Below, piece after piece: positions 8,648 through 18,256 of a stretch of DNA of 60,740 nucleotides; the stretch's first letter is position 1, and each line of letters opens with the position of its first letter. The stretch lies in the NCBI GenBank assembly GCA_041663185.1, contig JBAZQY010000003.1, forward strand, positions 1 to 60,740, given 5' to 3'. The notes beneath the pieces were generated by a model. The model had not been told where the DNA came from, did no database searches, and was given only the letters and a program-made list of their open reading frames with translations. Source of the stretch: Minisyncoccota bacterium. Its GTDB lineage: Bacteria; Patescibacteriota; Minisyncoccia; Phycocordibacterales; UBA9973. The position numbers and the translations under genes were made by a program.

Positions 8648-9595
8648 TTATCTCATACTCTCCCACTTCGCAAATATACCACAAGGAAGTAACCTTTCGC
8701 TATCACTTTCTTCAATAGCTAGCTCACCAATCTCTATCTGCCCTTTATAATCTTTCATCATTTCCTTTAAATTATTCTCGTAAACAATCGGGGAATATCC
8801 GGCCGTATACCCATTAATTAAAACAAAAAGAGGTTTATCGGAAAGTAACCCTCGGCATAATTTCATTAATTCTAAAAAATTCTCTTCGATTTTCCAAAGT
8901 TCATCATGTGGCCCATGCCCAAAAGACGGTGGGTCCATTATTATAGCGTCATATTTTCTTCCCCTTTTCACTTCTCTTTTAAGAAAAGAAATAACGTCAT
9001 CAACAATCCATCTGATTGGGGCATCTTCTAGCCCCGACAATTTTGCATTCTCTTTGGCCCATTCTACTGCAGTTTTGGACCCGTCAACATGACAAACTTC
9101 CGCCCCAGCTTTAGCGCAAGCAAGAGTCGCTCCGCCTGTATAAGCAAATAAATTCAAAACTGATATTTTTTTAGAGGCAGAATTCCTAAACAATTTTTCA
9201 TGGTCTGGCCCCTCGTCCTCCCTCGTCCGAGGACCTGACAAATTGTTTAGGAATTCTGCCTTTTTAATTATTTCCTCCATCCATTTCCAATTAGGAAGTT
9301 GTTCAGGAAAAAGACCAGTATGCTTGAAGGATGATGGTTTAATTGAAAAATTTAAATCGCCATATGAAATATTCCAACTTTTAGGAATACCATTTTTCAC
9401 AATCCATTTCGTCTTGGTACCCTCACGTACAAATTTTAATTCAGCTTTTTCCCATATTAAAGAATCTTTTGATTTCTCCCAAAGAGCTTCGGGATCAGGA
9501 CGTCTTAAAAAATAAGAACCATATCGTTCTAACTTTTCTCCATTACCCGAATCAATTAACTCGTATTCTTTTTGTTTTGCTGTTTTTAAAATCAT
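8648..9595 (-). CDS. Class I SAM-dependent methyltransferase (RlmI/RlmK-like), with an in-frame palindromic insert
   Basis: HTGLFPEQ, VLNLFAYTGGAT, HVDGSK, DAIIMDPPSFG. Confidence 0.9.
   Translation of the reverse strand: MILKTAKQKEYELIDSGNGEKLERYGSYFLRRPDPEALWEKSKDSLIWEKAELKFVREGTKTKWIVKNGIPKSWNISYGDLNFSIKPSSFKHTGLFPEQLPNWKWMEEIIKKAEFLNNLSGPRTREDEGPDHEKLFRNSASKKISVLNLFAYTGGATLACAKAGAEVCHVDGSKTAVEWAKENAKLSGLEDAPIRWIVDDVISFLKREVKRGRKYDAIIMDPPSFGHGPHDELWKIEENFLELMKLCRGLLSDKPLFVLINGYTAGYSPIVYENNLKEMMKDYKGQIEIGELAIEESDSERLLPCGIFAKWESMR
9175..9261. repeat. 87-bp palindromic element inserted in frame in the methyltransferase
   Basis: Perfect 22-bp inverted arms aggcagaattcctaaacaattt / aaattgtttaggaattctgcct; GC-rich loop. 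Confidence 0.9.
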
Positions 9596-9603
9596 ATTTG
9601 CCT

Positions 9604-9687
9604 AGATCTGCATGATCATTAAAATTTTTATCCGTGTCGGAGCCCTTTAGGGTTAAGCGGGAAAAATTTTAATGATTATGCAGATCT
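9604..9687. repeat. Hairpin element, core family A (copy 2)
   Basis: ~26-bp near-perfect arms (agatctgcatgatcattaaaattttt) around core 9633-9659. Confidence 0.9.
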
Positions 9688-9690
9688 TCC

Positions 9691-10608
9691 TTATTTTAAA
9701 TAATTATCTATATTGCGCTTATGTTCTGTATAAGTTGTTGCAAAATGCACTTTACCATTTTTATCATGAAGATAATAGAGGTAAGATGAAGTGTTAGGAT
9801 AAATTGCCGCATTAATTGATTGTAACCCTGGATTATTAAGTGGTTTAGCTGGTAATCCTTTCTCTTGATAAGTTGATTTATCAATATCCACTTGAAGAGG
9901 CATACCAATAGAAATTCTTTTCCATAAAATTCCAGAAATTATTTCAATATCTTCTTTCCCCCCTGCTTCACCTTCCAAAATTGAGGCCATTGTTATAATT
10001 TCATTTAAGCTATACTGACTTGCATTTATCGATGGTAAAAGATTTTTAATTTGATTTTCAAAACTATTTGTCAATTTATCAACAATCTCTCTTCCTGTAT
10101 CTAATGGAAAGAAAAAATAAGTATCCGGGAATAAATATCCCTGTTTAGCTTTTTCATTTGTTAAAAATAAATCTTTTCGAAATCCCGCTAATTTATCCGC
10201 TAGTAAATCTGCTATTTCTTCATTGGTTAAACCTTCACGAATAGTTACTTTGATAGGTTCAATATTGTGATGCCCTCGACTAAGTTGCCAAGCGATAACC
10301 CAAACAGGTGAATTTTTTTTAATCAAATAATCCCCAGTAATTATACCTTTCCCTGATTTAAGTAATTTAATAAAAACCTTTAAAGCAAGATCATGCCTGA
10401 CGGCATTCTTAGTTTCTAATTCTTCGGTAACAGAATTAATTGATTGGCCAGAAGCCACGTGGATAATAATATCTTTATTGGAAAATGGTGCTGACAAAAA
10501 GTAATAAGCAAACAAACCCAAAAAACCAATAATTAAAATCAGGTTAGGAATTAACTTAATAATTTTTCTTGTTGAAGGCAAATTTGTGCCAGTGTTATTC
10601 TCATCCAT
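9691..10608 (-). CDS. mltG: Endolytic transglycosylase MltG
   Basis: N-terminal TM helix, TIREG, GYLFPDTY, MASILEGE, GMPLQVD, LNNPG, YLYYLHD. Confidence 0.92.
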   Translation of the reverse strand: MDENNTGTNLPSTRKIIKLIPNLILIIGFLGLFAYYFLSAPFSNKDIIIHVASGQSINSVTEELETKNAVRHDLALKVFIKLLKSGKGIITGDYLIKKNSPVWVIAWQLSRGHHNIEPIKVTIREGLTNEEIADLLADKLAGFRKDLFLTNEKAKQGYLFPDTYFFFPLDTGREIVDKLTNSFENQIKNLLPSINASQYSLNEIITMASILEGEAGGKEDIEIISGILWKRISIGMPLQVDIDKSTYQEKGLPAKPLNNPGLQSINAAIYPNTSSYLYYLHDKNGKVHFATTYTEHKRNIDNYLK

Positions 10609-10617
10609 AGACGTAAA

Positions 10618-11916
10618 CTATATAGGTAAATTGGAAGGTGGTTTGGCAATCTTTGATTCGATACGCTTGAAACTTGGTGTCTCTGAGACCATACCTGGGA
10701 AATGAAATAGGGTGGCTAATTCTTCATTCGAAAGAACAAAAATTTGCGGTTTACCTGAAGGGAAAAACATATTAAAGACTGCTGGATATTTTACCGCATA
10801 TTGAATAGGTGGATGGAAGAAAGTCCTCATTCGATAAAAATTAAGCATACGTTTTTTGAGTTTAGTTAAAGCCAGTCCGGTTGGGTCAGACCAGGGTGCA
10901 TCGAACTGAGTAGGACTAATACGATTTAATTCATTTGAATATGGTTGAGCAAATTGACGAAACACCAGACGAGAGTTACGCCTGAGATTATTAAATTGAT
11001 CTTCTGAAATTAATTTTTTATCTGATAGTGTCACAAGTCGAATTCCACAATCAAAGTGAATCTGTTGTAAATTTATAACCATCTGTTTGATTATCGGATC
11101 AAGGAAACTTGGAGCACGAACTTCGAGAGAATTCCCTCCACCAAGACCTTGCCCCACTCCGACTTTGGTATATGGTTTAAGAAGGTCTTTGATGTGTTCT
11201 TCAGCAAAAGTATCAAAGTTTACATGTTTACCTGTAGCATGACTGTGATACTTTTTGATACTTTGTCGAATAACAATTTGAATCCACATTTGTTGACCTT
11301 TAGCGAGAGAGCCCATAAATTCAATAGTCGGAGTTAGTGGATCAATTTTATATTCTTCTTTTGTTCCAGATTTTAATTCATCAATTTGTTTATAAGTTCT
11401 AAATGGTTGGACATCGTGCTTTAATTTAGTAAATTCACATCCCCAGACGTTCCAATCTCCATCTTTGGTATATTGAGGAACATTTAGAGTATAATCTTCT
11501 GACTCGACAACTTTGGCTTGTGGATATTGAGCATAGATTTGTGTCTCGACTAAATCTCTAATACGTGATGGTGTTCGAACAAAAAAACGAACTCGTCCAT
11601 CAATCGAAACAATTTCAAGTGAAAACCAAAGCCAAGGGGCACCGATCATGAACTCTTCCCAGAACCCTTTTATACTTTTATGATAAAAAGCGTTCGAGAA
11701 AATAAGTTCCATCGCTGCTGGAGTTTTGATAACTTCACGAGGAACTTGAATTTCAAGTAAAACCCATTTGATACCCATAATAAAACGTTCTTGTCGGTAA
11801 TGATGCCAAAAATGAAAAGCAACATAAGCCAAAGGAATCGGCATCAAATAACCTATTGCCACAATAAGAAACTGGATTAAATTGAAATTATGAGTATTTA
11901 AAAAATCTTGTATCAT
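10618..11916 (-). CDS. Conserved CPR-type membrane-anchored hypothetical protein
   Basis: N-terminal TM, LLEIQVPRE, FSLEIVS, QIYAQYP, EELATLFHFP, C-terminal PPSNLP. Resembles from memory the N-terminal region found with CPR VirD4/TraG-like ATPases. Confidence 0.55.
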   Translation of the reverse strand: MIQDFLNTHNFNLIQFLIVAIGYLMPIPLAYVAFHFWHHYRQERFIMGIKWVLLEIQVPREVIKTPAAMELIFSNAFYHKSIKGFWEEFMIGAPWLWFSLEIVSIDGRVRFFVRTPSRIRDLVETQIYAQYPQAKVVESEDYTLNVPQYTKDGDWNVWGCEFTKLKHDVQPFRTYKQIDELKSGTKEEYKIDPLTPTIEFMGSLAKGQQMWIQIVIRQSIKKYHSHATGKHVNFDTFAEEHIKDLLKPYTKVGVGQGLGGGNSLEVRAPSFLDPIIKQMVINLQQIHFDCGIRLVTLSDKKLISEDQFNNLRRNSRLVFRQFAQPYSNELNRISPTQFDAPWSDPTGLALTKLKKRMLNFYRMRTFFHPPIQYAVKYPAVFNMFFPSGKPQIFVLSNEELATLFHFPGMVSETPSFKRIESKIAKPPSNLPI

Positions 11917-11922
11917 ATAATA

Positions 11923-12012
11923 TTATGATCTAGTGAAAAAGCCAATCAAAATAGCAATAATAATAAAACCTGCTACAATGATAATAATATTTACAATGAA
12001 ACCTTTCTGCAT
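11923..12012 (-). CDS. 29-aa membrane peptide (MQKGFIVNIIIIVAGFIIIAILIGFFTRS)
   Basis: Hand-translated; extended -10 TGATATAAT 8 nt upstream; ends 6 nt before the next gene. Confidence 0.55.
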   Translation of the reverse strand: MQKGFIVNIIIIVAGFIIIAILIGFFTRS

Positions 12013-12067
12013 ACCATTTTATTATATCATATCCAAAAGAAAATCCCGACAACTGTCGGGATTTTCT

Positions 12068-13099
12068 TTAAGCTATAGTGTAAAGACCAGCTTTATTCTT
12101 TTTAAAATATTTAGAGTTTTGAAGATTAACTAAAATTGTGTTCTTTTTTAGATATCTTTCTTTCATTACTTGATCAATGATATCTTCTTTTTTCATTGGA
12201 CCATTTTTCTTCAAAAGTTCTTTGATAACATCTCGGACTACGCCAGTTTTATAACCCCATTCAGACAAAGCATAAATACCTCGGCCAACAAGGACAAATC
12301 TAGGATCTTTAATGAGTTCGTTGTGACAAGTCGCTACATGACATTTCTTGTCGAAAGTATTCGCAACTGCTTTTGCCACTTCTCGAAAATGCATTGGGCT
12401 ACCATGTTTCCTCATCATTAAGAAAGCGTAATCCTTGACTCCGCGAGTTTTGATAGAAGATGATGTTGACTTTCCCCATTCGCCAAGTGGATTCTTATTA
12501 ATCTTCTTTGACATTGAAAGCCAGCGTTTAGCAATTTCTTCATTCTTGTATTCTTCAGATAAATCTTTGACTTCTTCAAGAAATCGAGAAATAAGTTCTG
12601 CTTCAGAAACTAATTCATCGTCAGAAAGATTTTCAAAAAGATTTTTTAATGATTTATGAATTTGTTCAGCGATATCAGCATCAACACTCCAACGAGTCTT
12701 AAAGTGATCATCTTCTTTGTGTTTTATAAAATCATCTCCTAGAGTGAGATATAAATGAATGTGATTCTGGGTTAATTTGTCTTTAGAAAAATGATTGAGT
12801 AATTCTTGTTCTTCAACTACAGCACCAAGAGTGTGCATTAACTTTTTTAATTCTTCGAAAACCTGCTTTTCATTTTTAAAAGTTTCTGATTTACGAATAA
12901 AGCCAAGGGCTGAATTTTCTATTTGGCGAACACGCTCACGAGTGATCCCGTATTTTTGACCAATTGCTTCTAATGTTTTGCGTTGAACATCATCAGTGAT
13001 GCCGAAACGATTAACTATCACTTCATAAGCACGAGGTGATAGACCTGAGAGCATACGCTTGGTAACTTGTTTTGGTTTAAATGAAACTGTGCTTGTCAT
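12068..13099 (-). CDS. Sigma-70 region-4-like HTH + HARE-HTH (RNAP delta-like) DNA-binding protein
   Basis: TLEAIGQKYGITRERVRQIE; PMHFREVA...HNELIKDPRFVLVGRGIYALSEWG. Confidence 0.8.
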   Translation of the reverse strand: MTSTVSFKPKQVTKRMLSGLSPRAYEVIVNRFGITDDVQRKTLEAIGQKYGITRERVRQIENSALGFIRKSETFKNEKQVFEELKKLMHTLGAVVEEQELLNHFSKDKLTQNHIHLYLTLGDDFIKHKEDDHFKTRWSVDADIAEQIHKSLKNLFENLSDDELVSEAELISRFLEEVKDLSEEYKNEEIAKRWLSMSKKINKNPLGEWGKSTSSSIKTRGVKDYAFLMMRKHGSPMHFREVAKAVANTFDKKCHVATCHNELIKDPRFVLVGRGIYALSEWGYKTGVVRDVIKELLKKNGPMKKEDIIDQVMKERYLKKNTILVNLQNSKYFKKNKAGLYTIA

Positions 13100-13141
13100 T
13101 TGAATTAAAAAATTAATCTACTAATTTAACTTACTGGTACC

Positions 13142-13170
13142 ATAATATCATTACTATTAAATAAAGTCAA
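13142..13170 (-). promoter_or_regulatory. Sigma70-type promoter
   Basis: TTGACT-17 bp-TATTAT, with an extended TG. Confidence 0.65.
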
Positions 13171-13191
13171 CTAAATTTACAGCACATAATT

Positions 13192-15015
13192 TTAACCTTG
13201 TAAAATATCGCTTTTTTTCGGTGATTTAGATTTTGACCTATCCATTTCTGTTAATAACTTTTTTCTCAAACGGACACTTTTGGGGGTAATTTCTAGATAT
13301 TCATCGTCAGCCATAACTTCAAGACCGCGTTCAATTGAGAGTTTATAGGGGGGCTTCACATTTATCGCTTCATCAGTACCCGATGAGCGCATGTTTGAAA
13401 GTTGTTTACTTTTTGTTGGATTCACAGCAAGTTCATCCCCCTTTATAACATTCCCAATAACCATACCTTCGTAAACTTCATCTCCATGTTCTACATATAA
13501 AGTTCCACGTTCTTGAAGCGTCCAGAGAGAGAATGCTATAACCTTACCAGTTACTATTGAAGTCATCGAGCCAACATCTCGTTTTTTGATTTCTCCAGCA
13601 TAATTTTTAAATCCGATAAATCGTGAGGCTAAAATTCCTTCACCTTTTGTATCGACAACAAATTGCCCTCGATACCCAAGAAGTCCACGTGTCGGTATCT
13701 CTATCAACATTCGTACAATTCCTTCTTTCTCATGCATACTTGTAATCATCCCTCTGCGAGCAGTTAATTTTTCAATAACTGCACCAGAATATTCATTGCG
13801 AACATCAATAGTTGCTTCTTCGTATGGTTCCAACTTTTCACCATTTTCTTCTTTGATGATTACATGTGGCTGAGAAACTTGCAGTTCATATCCTTCACGT
13901 CGCATATTCTCAAGTAAAACCGCGATGTGCAATTCGCCACGGCCATAAACAAGAAATCCTTCTTGAACTTCTTCGTCGTCAGGAGTATCGAAATTTATTC
14001 TAAGTCCAACATTCATTTCAAGTTCTTTCTCGAGTCTTTCTCGTATTTGACGACTTGTGACATATTTACCTTCGCGCCCACAAAAAGGAGAATCGTTGAC
14101 TAAAAAGTTTAGCGAAATAGTTGGCTCGTCAATATCAATAGATGGTAAAGGTAGAGTATTTGGATTATCACATATTGTCTCACCAATATATACATCTGGA
14201 ATACCCGCAATCAGTGCAATATCTCCAGTATTGAGTTCGGTTACTTCCTTTCTATTAATTCCTTCGAATGTGAACATTTTAGAAATTTTTGCATTTCTCA
14301 TTTTTCCACTTGAATCTTTTACAATAATCTTAGAGCTTGTTTTTATTGATCCCGAATATGCACGAACAATGGCAAGGCGTCCCATAAAATTGTCATAGCC
14401 CAGATTGAAAACTTGAGCACGAAATGGATCATCTTTGTTAATTGATGCTTCTTTAACTTCAGCAAGAATTAAATCAAATAAGGGGGTAAGGTCTTTTGAT
14501 TCATCCTCTAAATGAAGCTTGGCAATTCCTTGTCTACTGATGGCATACAAATATTTAAAATCAATTTGTTCTTGTGTTGCTCCAAGTTCCAAGAAAAGTT
14601 CTAAAATCTCATCGTGAACTCGATCAGGATTTGCTGCGGGCTTATCTATTTTATTTATGACAACAATTGGTTTAAGACCAAGCTCAAGTGACTTTTTTAA
14701 AACGAAACGAGTTTGAGGCATTGGACCTTCCTGAGCATCAACAAGTAATAAAACTGAGTCAATCGCCCGAAGAACTCGCTCCACTTCCGAACCAAAATCC
14801 GCGTGGCCTGGAGTATCGACAATATTTATTTTCGTTCCCTTATAAACAACCGAAGTGTTTTTGGAATATATAGTAATACCCCGCTCAAGTTCAAGAGCGT
14901 TTGAATCCATCGTGACCCCTTCTTCCACCATTCCGCACTGCTTCATCATCTGGTCAGTCAAAGTGGTCTTCCCATGGTCCACGTGTGCTATTATTGCTAT
15001 ATTTCTAATTTCCAT
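13192..15015 (-). CDS. typA: Translational GTPase TypA/BipA
   Basis: AHVDHGKTT, ERGITI, DTPGHADF, NKID, GRGELH, LEITPKSVRLRK. Confidence 0.98.
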   Translation of the reverse strand: MEIRNIAIIAHVDHGKTTLTDQMMKQCGMVEEGVTMDSNALELERGITIYSKNTSVVYKGTKINIVDTPGHADFGSEVERVLRAIDSVLLLVDAQEGPMPQTRFVLKKSLELGLKPIVVINKIDKPAANPDRVHDEILELFLELGATQEQIDFKYLYAISRQGIAKLHLEDESKDLTPLFDLILAEVKEASINKDDPFRAQVFNLGYDNFMGRLAIVRAYSGSIKTSSKIIVKDSSGKMRNAKISKMFTFEGINRKEVTELNTGDIALIAGIPDVYIGETICDNPNTLPLPSIDIDEPTISLNFLVNDSPFCGREGKYVTSRQIRERLEKELEMNVGLRINFDTPDDEEVQEGFLVYGRGELHIAVLLENMRREGYELQVSQPHVIIKEENGEKLEPYEEATIDVRNEYSGAVIEKLTARRGMITSMHEKEGIVRMLIEIPTRGLLGYRGQFVVDTKGEGILASRFIGFKNYAGEIKKRDVGSMTSIVTGKVIAFSLWTLQERGTLYVEHGDEVYEGMVIGNVIKGDELAVNPTKSKQLSNMRSSGTDEAINVKPPYKLSIERGLEVMADDEYLEITPKSVRLRKKLLTEMDRSKSKSPKKSDILQG

Positions 15016-15176
15016 TATATTAATACGTCTGATTAAATAATAAGTTATAATTTAGATAAATCACTTCGCGCCCCGTATAAAACTTTATATGCATTCGATT
15101 TAAAGTTTTTGTACTGGGGTTGCTATACTTGTCCCGTAGCGAGCTTTGCTCTGCTACTGGGATTTCTAATTTCCAT
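15016..15176. repeat. 161-bp hairpin-rich segment with a duplicated typA 5' end
   Basis: 15-bp direct repeat at 15001-15015 and 15162-15176; two hairpins with CCCAGTA...TACGGG termini. Confidence 0.7.
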
Positions 15177-15252
15177 AAAATAAAAACGCCCCGAGGCGAA
15201 AAACTATTTGTATAATATCATATATTTTGTAAATTGTAAAACATACAAATAT

Positions 15253-15283
15253 AAAAGGGAGAGTCAAGATTGAGACCCTCCCT
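15253..15283 (-). terminator. Intrinsic terminator
   Basis: agggag-ggtc...gact-ctccct followed by a U-tract on the minus strand. Confidence 0.6.
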
Positions 15284-15576
15284 TATTTAATGTAAATGTT
15301 TGATATCGTTAATTGGGGAAATCTAAAAAATAATCTTTCAACTGAATATCCCAATCCTATATAAAACAAAATGATATCATCCCGTGTAATTTTCTTATCG
15401 ATAAATTTTCTTTCTATTTGATTTACATCGATAACGCCAATATCAACAAGATGATATAGCAACTCATTAGAAATAAATCGTTGCGTTTTATTCTCATCGA
15501 TTATTGTTTCAAGTTCACGTCCAAGAACCATTACCATAATCTTAGTTCCCGGTTTCAAATTTTTTATCTCTTCCAT
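15283..15576 (-). CDS. Hypothetical protein
   Basis: ORF with own terminator; start moved to MEEIKNL (15576). Confidence 0.6.
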   Translation of the reverse strand: MEEIKNLKPGTKIMVMVLGRELETIIDENKTQRFISNELLYHLVDIGVIDVNQIERKFIDKKITRDDIILFYIGLGYSVERLFFRFPQLTISNIYIK

Positions 15577-15826
15577 AATTAAGATTTTCTTCACCCTACC
15601 ACCATAAATAAAATCTGTCAAACTAAATTTAATAATAAAAAACTGGCTCACCAAAATTGGAAGCCAGCCATTATTCATTCAATATTTTTTGAATCTTCTT
15701 TCTTGGTAGCATTGCGAGCTATCATTATTCCAGATTCAGTGATTTAAAATGGAACTTACTCCTCGTTCAGAACCACCCCTCATCACTTCATTATAGTATA
15801 TCATATTTACTATACTTTGTCAATAC

Positions 15827-16933
15827 CTATAAAAGCTTTACAATATCGTGATAAGTTATGACAACCATCAGAACCATTAACAATCCAAAACCAATCATAT
15901 TCACCACATTTGCAATTTGAGGTTTGATCCTTGAACCCTTAATTTTTTCTATCAATACAAATAAGAGTCGTCCCCCATCAAGAGCCGGGAATGGTAGTAA
16001 ATTTATAACTGCAAGATTTATAGAAATGAGTGCTGTAAATGACAACAAATAAATAAAACCAAATTCCGCTGCATCACCAACAACTCCAACAATTCCGACA
16101 GGACCAGTCAGAGTATTCATATCAGCCTGACCCAAAAGTGCATCGTGAATCAAATTATAAAACCCAACTACAGTTGCCACAAAAACATCGGCCGATAATT
16201 TCAAACCTTCCCAGACCGCCCGATGAATTGGTAATTTGAGAGTACCAATTATATCCATTGAAATACCAATCATCACACTATTACTTTTATTACTTTCTTC
16301 TGGCACAACCATGACTTCCACCTGTTCTCCTTTTCGAATTAACGAAATTGTTACTTCCTCACCACTATGAGCTTTGATGAATGATTGGACGGTTGAAGCA
16401 GAAAAATTAGAAGATAAAAGTTTTGTTGAATCAGTGCTTGTTTCAAGCGATAAAATTTTATCACCAGTTTTAATTCCGCCAACTTCAGCTGGAGAATCAG
16501 GTAATACGCTTGTAATCGTCAAAGCTTGATTATTCACAATTGCTCCTTTGGGAACACTGCCGACAGAAGTTGGGAGCCCTGAAATAAATCCGACAGAAAA
16601 AAGAAGCCAGGCCACTAAAAAATTCATCAAGACACCTGCCAATAAAACTCCGGCTTGGATATACCTTGGTTTGTTTACAAAACTTCTTTTGCTATCTGGA
16701 CCATTGATCGAATCTTCATCTGGATTTTCTCCAAAAATTTTCACATACCCTCCAAACGGCAAAGCATTAAAATTATAAGTTGTCTCTCCAATTTTTTTCC
16801 CAAAAAGTTTCGGCGGAAAACCAAAAGAAAATTCATCGACACGTATACCTGACTTCTTGGCAACAAAAAAATGCCCAAATTCATGGGAGATAACTAGAAC
16901 CAATAAAATTACAAGAAAAATTAATATATTCAT
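15827..16933 (-). CDS. rseP: RIP metalloprotease RseP (M50, PDZ)
   Basis: HEFGH, LPFGGYVKI, PDZ segment, NLLPFPALDGG. Confidence 0.96.
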   Translation of the reverse strand: MNILIFLVILLVLVISHEFGHFFVAKKSGIRVDEFSFGFPPKLFGKKIGETTYNFNALPFGGYVKIFGENPDEDSINGPDSKRSFVNKPRYIQAGVLLAGVLMNFLVAWLLFSVGFISGLPTSVGSVPKGAIVNNQALTITSVLPDSPAEVGGIKTGDKILSLETSTDSTKLLSSNFSASTVQSFIKAHSGEEVTISLIRKGEQVEVMVVPEESNKSNSVMIGISMDIIGTLKLPIHRAVWEGLKLSADVFVATVVGFYNLIHDALLGQADMNTLTGPVGIVGVVGDAAEFGFIYLLSFTALISINLAVINLLPFPALDGGRLLFVLIEKIKGSRIKPQIANVVNMIGFGLLMVLMVVITYHDIVKLL

Positions 16934-16936
16934 TTT

Positions 16937-17470
16937 TTAATTCATTATTTCAGTTTCCTTTTTATTAAAAATAGTTTCAAGGTTTTGATTCCCTTCATCA
17001 ACACATTTCTGGATGTCTTCTTTCCCCCTTTTCTTTTCGTCTTCTGATAAATCATTTAATTTATCTATTTCATTCTGGCGCTCTTTACGAACACTGATTC
17101 GAGCATCTTCGAGCTTTTCTTTTAAAACTTTCACGAGCTTAGTACGATTTTCGGTTGTTAACATTGGGAAAATTACTCTTACTCCGTCACTATCTGAAAC
17201 AACAGAAAGACCAAGATTCGAGGCATTGATTGCATTCTCAATATCTTTAATCTGATTTTTATCCCAAGGAGCAATTCGAAGCGTCTTTGGGTCTTCAATC
17301 GTCACCCCGGCGACATTTTTAATCGGCATCCGACTCCCATAACTTTCAACCGTAATACTATCGAGCACCGCCGGCGTCGCTCGCCCAGTGTGAATCTGAG
17401 AATATTCTTTCCCGAGCCACTCTTCAATTTTCTTCAATTCCATTTTAAAATTTTGTGTATTGTATGCCAT
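16937..17470 (-). CDS. frr: Ribosome recycling factor
   Basis: IHTGRATPAVLD, LRIAPWD, PMLTTENR, ARISVR. Confidence 0.97.
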   Translation of the reverse strand: MAYNTQNFKMELKKIEEWLGKEYSQIHTGRATPAVLDSITVESYGSRMPIKNVAGVTIEDPKTLRIAPWDKNQIKDIENAINASNLGLSVVSDSDGVRVIFPMLTTENRTKLVKVLKEKLEDARISVRKERQNEIDKLNDLSEDEKKRGKEDIQKCVDEGNQNLETIFNKKETEIMN

Positions 17471-17555
17471 ATATATATTCTACTATATAAATGTATTTTT
17501 AAAAAGCGCTGAGATTAAGACAATATTAAAATAAATATAAATAAAACAAAAAATA

Positions 17556-18209
17556 TTATGTCTCGGCTTTAATGGCAGTTACAATAAGACGCTTATCGTG
17601 AGTTCGCAAATCTGGCATCCACTTCCCTGTGCATGTAATAATTTTTAAATATGCTCCATCATTTTGATTAAATACTTCTTCGGCCGATGAATTATAATCA
17701 TAAATAGCAGTAGAAGTAACAACGAAATGAATTTTCTCTCCCAATTCTTTTTCTATATAAATATCATCGCCCTCTTTTATATTTTTTAAATTCCCAAATA
17801 CTGCTTTCAACCCAAGTCCATTCTCTACATGCCCAGCTATTACCGCACTACCAATCTCTCCTGGCGGTGTCCCATATTTATAAAGTCCAACATCAAAAAA
17901 ATTAGTTGGGGTAGACATGTTCCCCTTCTTTGTTATACCAACATTTTGTATTTTGGCATTTATTTTTAGAGCAGGAATAATGAGGCGCTCGGTAAATACC
18001 GGCATATTTTCTGTATCTATCTTCTTTTCTACTTCCATATCTACGCCTACATTCGTGGGGAGAACTCTGTCTATTAATTTTTCCTCAATAAATGGCGGAA
18101 CTGCCATATCGTCTGTCGGTGCATAATATATTTTATTAACCAAAATAATCATCATTATTATAATGAGAGAAAAAATTATTATAAAAATTGTTTTTTTATT
18201 CTTTTTCAT
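17556..18209 (-). CDS. Class F sortase
   Basis: N-terminal TM, IAGHV, FGNL, LKIITC, DKRLIV (His-Cys-Arg triad). Confidence 0.88.
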   Translation of the reverse strand: MKKNKKTIFIIIFSLIIIMMIILVNKIYYAPTDDMAVPPFIEEKLIDRVLPTNVGVDMEVEKKIDTENMPVFTERLIIPALKINAKIQNVGITKKGNMSTPTNFFDVGLYKYGTPPGEIGSAVIAGHVENGLGLKAVFGNLKNIKEGDDIYIEKELGEKIHFVVTSTAIYDYNSSAEEVFNQNDGAYLKIITCTGKWMPDLRTHDKRLIVTAIKAET

Positions 18210-18217
18210 ATAACAAT

Positions 18218-18245
18218 AAAAACGGATACAGATGCACCCGTTTTT
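18218..18245 (-). terminator. Possible terminator between the LPxTG gene and the sortase
   Basis: aaaaacgggtgca-tc-tgtatccgttttt on the minus strand. Confidence 0.45.
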
Positions 18246-18256
18246 ACTTTCTACTA

